From NCBI GenBank assembly GCA_951406725.2, contig OX597823.1, positions 10,292,001 through 10,356,000 of the forward strand: 64,000 nt of DNA. The letters are read 5' to 3'. The notes under the pieces were generated by a model. It searched no databases and was not told where the DNA came from. It saw only the letters and a list, made by a program, of their open reading frames with translations. The DNA is from Octopus vulgaris. Lineage: Eukaryota. Both the position numbers and the translations under genes were made by a program. Every line of letters begins with the position of its first letter. Position 1 is the stretch's first letter. Below are positions 54,410-64,000 of the stretch, piece by piece.

Positions 54410-55747
54410 GTGTGTATGTATATATATATACGAACAAAGTGGCTGGGTATTGTTGGTTAAACATTTAATTCTGAAACTTTTTTTATGTGCGTAGAGAAAG
54501 CCGCTTTATTAGCTACTCATACTGCATTGAATTCTGCACTGTTCTCGTGTGTTAAATCAATTTCAAACTCATTGACTACCTTATAACAGGCTCGTCGCCG
54601 TTTACACATACATAGTTAGCCCAAAAGTAAGTAGGGTCATTTGAAACCAATAAGGCTGCTGGTATGTAGATTGTCTTTTCAGTTATCCTTAATCCAAATA
54701 CCTCTTTGCAAATTTGTAACATAGCTAAACTCATCAAAATATACAAAGTAAAATCTAATAAAAAGGGCACAAAGAGGCTGCTGTAAAGAATGTAAAATGC
54801 AACGTTTCTTCAGATCTTTCTTCAGCGAAATAAGTTAGAAGAGAAATATATTATACTAGAGTTCAATGGAAAGTTGTCCCTTCTTCTCAAACATTTAGTT
54901 CATTAAATTCACTGTAATCATTACACTCGCTTGTCTCTCTATCTTTTCCCTTCTCAAGCTTGATTTTGCCTTTTTTCCTCATCCCATAACTCTTTCTTTC
55001 TTCCTTCTCACACTATTTCTCCTACAACTTCCTGTTAACGTATGAACTTCACCTGATCCTGCATTCCTTATCAGTTGTAGACAGTTTTCTTTTTATTAGA
55101 AGATATAAATTTCTCCTGTCTCACTTTTGTTTCTCTCCTTTCAACTTTATCTTGAAGATGGTTGTTTTCCGAAACGTTGGATTTTCCACTCCTCATAATA
55201 AGTTTACTGTTTCCTTTTTATCAATTTTACTATATATGTCTTAACGACGCAAACCCCCACCAGCCTCTCTGATGTCCGTTTGATACGATATACATATGTG
55301 TATTTATATACATCCACACACATATGTATACGTATGTATATACATAGATGCTTATATTCCTATGCGTACATATATGTTACATGTACAAGCACATATATAT
55401 ATAAATATGTCTATATATGCGTGTGTGTGTGTGTGTGTGTCCGTTTGTGTAAAGAGGAAACGGTAAAGATTTTCCGCTAAAACTGTATGTCTCTCCAACT
55501 CAGCTTAAGTTGAATATTTAAAATTTTAATCCTTGTAAAATTATATCTCCATAAAAATTTACATATTATTGCCTGCTTTAAATGTTTCTATTTTACCGTC
55601 ATACCTTTTAATGATATCAACTGAGAACTGATCTTTAGCATGATGTCTGCATATTTCCTGGCTCCATCGATTTAATTATCTGTGACGGCCAAGTTTTGAC
55701 CTTGTTACACACATCATCTATTTCATTATAGCTATTGTTAATCATGT

Positions 55748-56130
55748 GGAGGCGCAATGGCCCAGTGGTTAGGGCAGCGGACTCGCGGTCATAGGATCGC
55801 AGTTTCGATTCCCAGACCGGGCGTTGTGAGTGTTTATTGAGCGAAAACACCTAAAGCTCAACGAGTCTCCGGCAGGGGATGGTGGTGATCCCTGCTGTAC
55901 TCTTTCACCACAACTTTCTCTCACTCTTACTTCCTGTTTCTGTTGTACCTGTATTTCAAAGGGCCGGCCTTGTCACTCTCTGTGTCACGCTGAATATCCG
56001 CGAGAACTACGTTAAGGGTACACGTGTCTGTGGAGTGCTCAGCCACTTACACGTTAATTTCACGAGCAGGCTGTTCCGTTGATTCGGATCAACCGGAACC
56101 CTCATCGTCGTAACCGACGGAGTGCTTCCA
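55748..56130 (+). mobile_element. SINE family C (tail 1)
   Basis: Full copy with 10-bp TSD TGTTAATCAT. Confidence 0.9.
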
Positions 56131-56561
56131 TGTTAATCATATTTGTGTAGGCTTGTTTTATATAAAAAGCATGTGATTGTGTCAGTTTATATGTTGTTGT
56201 TGAGATCAGGAAGGTCTAGACCGACTCTGATGCAATGCCCAACTGCCTATAGTTCCAAACGTGTAGTATTTGTTGATATTCGCTCTTTCTAGATCGTAGT
56301 TTAGAAATGCTTCTGGGTCACAACGTTGTTTTTCTCCTTACACTCTTCGACTTATGCAACAACACCCCATCGCTGTAACTATAACAAACAGCCACATCTA
56401 TGCAAAGAATACTCCCTTATCATTACTTCTTAAAATAACAAACCTGGGAGAGTCTACATAATCGACTGACCTGTAGGAAGCAGTAGTTAATTTACCCTCA
56501 TATCACACCGTATTGTCTTAAAGAAAGGAAAAGAGATACTGGAATATGCAGTCCTGACTTC

Positions 56562-57996
56562 GATCCTATTCTGATTTTGTGTCATTACTATATCTTTAGG
56601 ACCCCAAGAAAAGGCATGAACAGCAAGATTGGAGCCGCAATGGCCCAGTGGTTAGGGCAGCGGACTCGTGGTCGTAAGAACGCGCTTTCGATTCCCAGAC
56701 CGGGCATTGTGAGTGTTTATTGAGCAAAAGACACCTAAGCTCCACTAGGCTCCGGAGGCTAGGAGTGGTATTATTCTTGAAAAAATCAAGGACAGATTTG
56801 TGGCAGCTTTAATACCTTGGTGGAAGATCCCTGGTCAATTGAGTCAGAGATCATCTGGCCTAAGCTAGAACAGCAATTTCATAAACTTCAACTCTTTGTG
56901 GTCATCCACATAAAACCATGACAGTTTTATGAATACAGTCATTGAAAACTTTCTCCAATGAAATCATGGCAATTTTGTCTTCACTAGCAACGCATATACG
57001 CACATTCCAAACATATATCAAGAAAAATGAGTATTTATCCACCAACAAAGCATGAACACCGCATAGCTAAAACCCACCCACGTGGTCCTCTTCTACCGTT
57101 GTCACATTGTCTGCTGCTTCTCAGAAATTGATAGTCACGTGCTACATCCACTCAATCACCTTCGAATCTTTCGTATCTACTTCGTTTTGACTCATCGTTT
57201 ACCCTTTCCCTGCCTCATACTCCTCATTACACTCAATCCTTGCTTCCCGGACCGTGAGTTTTCTGAATTCTTTATGCCTTTCTTGTAGTTGTCAATTTTC
57301 GACAGCTTACGAGGATCATTAAACGCAATATAATTATTGGTAAACAGGAAGAGAACGTGGTACCCCAGTTGAGCACAGAGTTCTTGATTACACGATTACA
57401 GATTCTTTTAAAAAGATTAACCATCTTGCTGTTCATCTTCTTCTTCTTCCAATCAGGACTCACGCCATTAGCCACAAAGAATAATCTCTAATTCGAGACT
57501 ACTCTAAGCTACTAAGAATGCGTGTGGTAACTCGAAGATCCACCCAACACACGCGATAGACTGGCGGTTGCACGGGCGCGAAAGCTACGTTGTTATCCTC
57601 ATTCCGTAAACGGCGACTTTAAGCGGGTGGAAAGCTGAACTATCCTGGGGTACAGAAGATTCGCAATCTAGACTAGGGTCTGAAAGTTTATCACACTGTA
57701 ACGGATTACACCATAGTTCTTATGCTTTGTGGCAGAAGTAGGAAAGAAAAGTGAGAGAAAGTTGTGGTGAAAAAGTACAACGGGGTTCACCACTCCTCCC
57801 CTCCGGGGCCTCGTGGAGCTTAGGTGTTTTTTGCTCAATGAACACTCACAATGCCCGGTCTGGGAATCGAAAGCGCGTTCTTACGACCACGAGTCTGCTG
57901 CCCTAACCACTGGGCCATTGCGCCTCCACTCTTGCTGTTCATGCCTTTTCTTAGGGTTTTAAAGATATAGTAATGACTCTAAATCAGATTAGGATC
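56562..57996. repeat. ~197-bp inverted duplication (flank plus SINE C head) around ~1 kb
   Basis: Arms 56562-56758 and 57800-57996 share non-SINE flank and private SINE variants. Confidence 0.85.
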
Positions 57997-59251
57997 AACT
58001 TGCAAACCAGAATGTACAATGACACCAAATTAGAAAAGAAACCGACTTTCGGATTATTTCCAAATTGTCAAATTCCTAGACTACGTTGTTCGGAAGCATT
58101 ATAAATATTACTTATTTGTAACTAGGTTTAACATCTTATTTATTCTAAAATGAAGATTATTATAGTGTTTACGCCTTCTTGCTTCCCGGGCTGTCAATGA
58201 TACAAATTACAATGGATTCTAATGAGAAGAGAAATCACATCACTGATTTATCAAACCTTGAACTTAACCTGTATCACCAAGTTACACATCACATATAGCG
58301 GTGATAGATACAGGAATTAGGAATCTCCATCCCTTTCTGGCGATCATTAGTAGTTTACTTAATTGGGTCTGCTTAGCAGAATTGGTTTATCTATCGAAGA
58401 AGCACAGAGCAGAACAGCTGCCAGGTAAGAGAAGAAAAGATCAGTAGTAATTTGTCTATTAATTTTGCCGACATTAATTTCCCCAGTTTTGACTATTTTA
58501 TAAATAAATGAACGGTAAAATGAATAATGAGGCAGCTCATTAACAACTCGTTGGGACTTCTACCGGAAATTCAGAGGTAAATCGCACGAATTTCATAAAG
58601 TAATGATAATCTTTTGGCAGCTTAGAGATTCGGTTCTCCGTTATTAAGAAATGTCGTTTAGCTTAGCCTTCGAAACAACGATCTCCAGCCATAGTCAGTA
58701 GATAAAAAAAGATATTGTTAATTGTAACGTTTTAAGCTGGAAGTTTCCATTCTAACAATTAATTTTACATTTTTATCTTTTCTATGTCAAATAAGTATTA
58801 GTGATTGTTGTCAGGTTAGTCTAGAGTTATCTTTTGATCCCACAAGGAAACATATGACAAAATATGTCCATACTGGAACCTTTCTGCCTTTCCTTTTCAG
58901 TGGCAATGTTCCTAAAGCTGCATTTAATGACACAATTTGCGAGATACTTGATTTCTATTACGAATAATTTGTGTGGCCACACAAATACTCCATCAATGCA
59001 ACGAAGAAGAATGAGTAATATAATAGACGTGTCCCAATGAGCTAATAGTGAATATCAGCAAGTCCGTTCTATAGTCTTGTACCTGAGTGCCTATAATTAG
59101 TAATCCCTATATTAATACTGTACACAAGATATGCCAATATCTTTTATGCTGTTATTGCTATTAGTACATTATTTTATCCACCCTTATATGATGAAAGGTA
59201 TAATTAACAACGCTTTAGGCAACTTTGCATTTCACTCATAAATATTGAACA

Positions 59252-59597
59252 GGCGCAGGAGTGGCTGTGCGGTAAGTAGCTTGCTTACCAACGACATGGT
59301 TCCGGGTTCAGTCCCAGTGCGTAGCACCTAGGGCAAGTGTCTTCTACTATAGCCTCGGGCCGACCAAAGCCTTGTGAATGGATTTGGTAGATGGAAACTG
59401 AAAGAAGCCCGTCGCATATCGTTAGCCACTACACACATTATTTTCTCTCCTTGTTTTTTCTGTGTCCCTTTCTGTAGAAGGGCGTAGGCTCGAAACGTAA
59501 AAGACTTTTTTTATTCTTGAGCGTTATACTAATACATCTGTTTGTTTTGTACACCACCTGTCTTCGTCATTTGCTTTTTTCGTAAACTCTCCCTATA

Positions 59598-59633
<36 letters not shown>

Positions 59634-59860
59634 TGTATGTATGTGTGTGTATATGTATGTGTGTCTGTGTTTGAACCCCCAACATCGCTTGACAACCGAT
59701 GCTGGTGTGTTTACATCCCCGTAACTTAGCGGTTCGGCAAAAAAGACCGATAGAATAAGTACTAGGCTTACAAAGAATAAGTCCTGGGGGTCGAGTTGCT
59801 CGACTAAAGGCGGTGCTCCAGCATGACCGCAGTTACATGACTGAAACAAGTAAAAGAGTA
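59252..59860 (+). mobile_element. SINE family B with a nested Penelope-like remnant (~59418-59595)
   Basis: Intact head and tail. An insert homologous to 8600-8760 sits in the internal (TA)n. Confidence 0.85.
59468..59503 (+). ncRNA. Minimal hammerhead variant (core CUGUAGA)
   Basis: CTTT-CTGTAGA-A-GGGC gtag GCTC-GAA-ACGT-A-AAAG. All stems pair, stem III is palindromic, and the triplet is GUA. Confidence 0.6.
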
Positions 59861-60157
59861 ATTAATAGAAGGAAATATCCACGTCAAGTAGTTACAGCAT
59901 TCCAGGAGAAGATGCTAAGGAAGCAAATGTCATGTGATTGATGATACAGAATAGAAATCCTGATTTTTATATTAGTCGGAATAAAATACACGTTACTGCT
60001 GAATATCCTCAAAGAATGGGGAGACGAATTAAAAATAAGGAGAGTAAAAATAATGAGAAGCAACAACAAAAAGAACAACAGACCCGAGTTTCCTATACAA
60101 AACCATCCAAACGCCGAGGATAGAAAATACATTTAGGCAGGCTTATTCTGACAAATG

Positions 60158-60777
60158 TGGAGGCACATGGCCTAGTGGCTAGAGCAGGGAACTCGCGGTC
60201 GAGGGATCGCGGGTTCGAATCTCAGACCGGGCGATGTGAGTGCTTATGAGCGAAACACCTAAGCTCCATGAGGGCTTCTTTCAGTTTCCGTCAGGTAATG
60301 GCGAGCCTCTGCTGACTCTTTCACCATAACTTTCTCTCACTCTTTCCTCCTGCATTTTGCAGCTCACCTGCGACGGACCAGCGTCCCATCCAGGTGGGGA
60401 ACCTATAAGCCAAGGAAACCGGGAAACCGGCTCATGTGAGCCAGGCATGGCTCGAGAAGGAACAAACAAAAAAAAGCAACTACCATTTCTAGCAAACGGA
60501 GGAACTGTGTAGAAGTCTGATAGCTCGTTTGTTCTCTATGTTTCATATCATTCTTATCGATTTCAAAAATAAATAGTTAAATGTCCCAAGAACATTACAC
60601 AGTCATTAAGTCATCAAGTTGGGTTGTACAGTTCCATATTTAACTTTCTCTCACTCTTTCCTCCTGCATTTTGCAGCTCACCTGCGACGGACCGGTGTCC
60701 CATCCAGGTGGGGAACCTATACGCCAAGGAAACCGGGAAACCTATTCAGCCAGGTATGGCTCGAGAAGGAACGAACA
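60158..60777 (+). mobile_element. Composite SINE C/V-tail unit: full copy, spacer, second 3' half
   Basis: 13-bp direct repeat ATTCTGACAAATG at 60145-60157 and 60778-60790. Confidence 0.8.
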
Positions 60778-61304
60778 ATTCTGACAAATGGAAGAGCTCT
60801 AGATTGGTGTTAACAGCGTTATTCGTAGGGAAAGCCTCGGGTATTTGCTTGCTTTAACTAACTTCTAGTCAGTGCAATGTATCTCTTTCGATAAATCATT
60901 TCACTTTACTCATGCATTTCTATCTTTTGTCACTCATCATCAACCATCATTCATCATACACCATTGTCTTCATCGCCATTTTTATTTTCATCGTTTGTAG
61001 CAATAACATCAGATTCATCATCATCATCATCATTACTTTCATCGTCGTCGTTGTTGTCATCCTTGACGTCTTAATCCTTTCAATATCATGCAGTTAATGC
61101 AATTAATCCTCGTAGTTTACTTGCACGTAATTAATCGACTTCGTAAGGATGAAATATGAATTAACTTCGAATGGATTTTAACCTGACAACATAAAGGGAC
61201 GTAACTAAATATAACAAGGTCTTTTTTTCCATCGCACATCATTTGCCAGCCCGTCGTCCTGCATCTCCTAATGTAGTGTTTTTATATATTTGTATGTCTA
61301 TATA

Positions 61305-61528
61305 TATTACTCTTTTACTTTTTTACTTTTTTACTTGTTTCAGTCATTTGACTGCGGCCATGCTGGAGCACCGCCTTTAGTCTAGCAAATCGACCCCGGG
61401 ACTTATTCTTTGTAAGCCCAGTACTTATTCTATCGGTCTGTTTTGCCGAACCGCTAAGTGACGGGGACGTAAACACACCAGCATCGGTTGTCAAGCAATG
61501 CTAGGGGGACAAACACACAAACATATAT

Positions 61529-61603
<75 letters not shown>

Positions 61604-61774
61604 CATATATACGACAGGCTTATTTCAGTTTCCGTCTACCAAATCCACTCACAAGGCATTGGTCGGCCCGGGGCTATAGTAGAAGTCACTTGCCCAAGAT
61701 GCCACGCAGTGGAACTGAACCCGGAACCATGTGGCTGGTTAGCAAGCTACTTACCACACAGCCACTCCTGCGCC
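61305..61774 (-). mobile_element. SINE family B
   Basis: Full-length reverse-complement copy. Confidence 0.9.
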
Positions 61775-61794
61775 TATATATATATATATACATA

Positions 61795-62180
61795 GGCGTA
61801 GGAGTGGCTGTGTGGTAAGTAGCTTGCTTATGAAACACGTGGTTCCGGGTTCAGCCCCACTGCGTGGAACCTTGGGCAAGTGTCTTCTACTGTAGCCTCG
61901 TGCCGACCAAAGCCTTGTGAGTGGATTTGGTAGACAGAAACTGAAAGAAGCCCGTCGTATATATATATGTGTGTGTACGTTTGTATGTCTGTGCTTGTTC
62001 CTCCAACATCGCTTGACAACCGATGTTGGTGTGTTTACGTACCCGTAACTTTACGGTTAGGCAAAAGAAACCGATAGAATAAGTACTAGGCTTACAAAGT
62101 ATAAGTCCTGGTGTCGATTTGGTCGACTAAAGGCGGTGCTCCAGCATGTCCATAGTCAAATGACTGAAACAGGTAAAAGG
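61795..62180 (+). mobile_element. SINE family B
   Basis: Full-length copy, head-to-head with the previous one. Confidence 0.9.
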
Positions 62181-62444
62181 GTATATTTGTCCAGGACGCG
62201 GAGGAGGAGAGAAAATAGTAATTTAGTGAAGGAGAAGTAGTGAGAGTAATAGCCCTAGGTGAGAGGAAGTGAGAGAAAATAATAGCAACGAGAGAAAAAA
62301 AAGGGTGAAAGATGAATAAGGAAGGAAGGGGTGACAAAAAATCAGCGTTTTAACTCTGTGCGAGTATATGTGTATATGTGTGTGCGTGTACAAGGGAAGT
62401 ATGTGAACGTTAGTATGTGTGATTATTCTCTTTCTCTTTCTTTT

Positions 62445-62835
62445 CTCTTTTACTTGTTTCAGTCATTTAACTGCGGCCATGCTGGAGCACCGCCTTTAAT
62501 CGTGGAACTCGACCCCGAGACTTATTCTTTGTAAGCCCAGTACTCATTCTATCGGTCTCTTTTTGCCGAACCGCTAAGTGCTGGGGACGTAAACACACCA
62601 GCATCGGTTGTCAAGCAATGCTAGGAGGACAAACACAGACGCACAAACACATACACACACATACATATATATATACATATATCCGACAGGCTTCTTTCAG
62701 TTTCCGTCTACCAAATCCACTCACAAGGCATTGGTCGGCCCGAGGCTATAGCAGAAGACACTTGCCCAAGATGCCACGCCGTGGGCCTGAACCCGGAACC
62801 ATGTGGTTGGTAAGCAAGCTACTTACCACACAGCC
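62445..62835 (-). mobile_element. SINE family B
   Basis: Near full-length reverse-complement copy. Confidence 0.9.
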
Positions 62836-63044
62836 AATATGTACCTTATTTTTATATAAATTACTGCAATTAGCTATCATTATTGACAGCACATGGTCAG
62901 ATAGTTAACTTTATAAGTTATGCATCAAAATAATCTTAAATAGTTTACGTCTATAATAACTAAACTCTACTCAAAATTACACTATCCCCAGGAACATTAT
63001 TACTACTACAACAACTATTAAAATCGTCCCCACACTACAACTAT

Positions 63045-63240
63045 TACAAGCGAATACTGAAAACTTCCTGGCTTTGGGTAAAAGAATATACAAGAGGGTC
63101 AGTTAATTATGATTTTATTCACCATGTTCCCCTCTCAGATTCACACAATCATTATAGCAGTCCTTCAGCTTTTCTAATTCCTGTAAAAGAACTCGGAAGT
63201 TTGGGCCTCCAGCCAAGCCTTTTGCGACACCCAGGATGTT
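63045..63240 (-). mobile_element. Mariner-type transposon 3' end fragment
   Basis: LEKLKDCYNDCVNLRGEHGE* resembles the mariner transposase C-terminus (KL..RW.KCV...GEY.E), with a TIR-like end after TA. Confidence 0.55.
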
Positions 63241-63283
63241 TTCGCCTCTCACTCGTACAATCATCATCATATATCTACCATAA

Positions 63284-63440
63284 GGCGGCGAGCTGGTAGA
63301 ACCGTTAGCATGCTGGACGAAATGTTTAGCGCTAGGTTCTGAGTTCAAATTCCACCGAAGTTGACTTTACCATTCAACCTTTCGGGGTCGATATATTAAA
63401 TGCCAGTCAAATACTAGGTTCGATCTAATCGACTATCCCC
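63284..63440 (+). mobile_element. Diverged SINE family A
   Basis: GGCGGCGAGCTGGTAGAACCGTTAGC...GAGTTCAAATTCC...CCTTTCGGGGTCGAT. Confidence 0.75.
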
Positions 63441-63586
63441 CTCCCCTCATATTCCATGCCTTGTGCCTATAGTACTAAATCTACCACCGCCATTACGCTT
63501 ACTACTCTACCATCAGAACCACTCTCCTACCACTACAACAATCACAAATGTACTGCACCCGACAGTACTACTGCCACTACTACTAA

Positions 63587-64000
63587 GGCTGGAAGAAACG
63601 TTAGCACGTCGGGCGAAGTGCTTAGCAGTATTTCATCTGCTGCTACGTTCTGAGTTCAAATTCCGCCGAGGTCGACTTGGCCTTTCATCCTTTCGGCGTC
63701 GATGAAATAAGTACCAGTTACGCACTGGGGTCGATGTAATCGACTTAATCCGTTTGTCTGTCCTTGTTTGTCCCTTCTATGTTTAGCCCCTTGTGGACAA
63801 TAAAGAAATAGGTATTTCGTCTGCCGCTACGTTCTGACTTCAAAGTTCGCCGAGGTCGATTTTTGACTTTCCTTCTTTCGTAGTCGATAAATTAAGTACC
63901 AGTTATGCACTGGGGTCGATGTAATCGACTTAATCTCTTTATCTGTCCCTGTTTGTCCCCTCTGTGTTGTGTTTAGCGCCTTGTGGGCAATAAAGAAATA
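63587..64000 (+). mobile_element. SINE family A plus tandem head-truncated second unit
   Basis: Same junction (AAAGAAATAGGTATTTCGTCTGCCGCTAC) as at 40911. Confidence 0.85.

Noticed and set aside
53375-54468. Many overlapping YI/IY-rich ORFs (also 13000-13800, 21100-21700 and others)
   Set aside because: Degenerate (TA)n/(TG)n tracts that simply lack stop codons.

Overview
This is AT-rich, repeat-saturated eukaryotic DNA with no convincing host protein-coding exon. It is most likely an intronic or intergenic region of an octopus or other coleoid cephalopod; that is an inference from the SINE repertoire and the very dense (TA)n/(GATA)n/(TAA)n microsatellites. It contains three tRNA-headed SINE families (here A, B, C) that swap body and tail modules. 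It also holds a full-length but dead DD37D (maT) Tc1/mariner element, a deleted Gypsy LTR element, several R4/Dong-type and one CR1/L2-type LINE remnants, non-autonomous Helitrons and a TIR MITE. The most interesting signal is a series of minimal hammerhead-ribozyme (HHR) motifs and fold-back inverted repeats within microsatellites, resembling Penelope-like termini. One of these is a head-to-head pair at 32960-33555, in which a Pol III tRNA-like head is joined through a short microsatellite to an HHR-bearing tail (a candidate retrozyme-like SINE). Nearly all long ORFs in the track are microsatellite artefacts.
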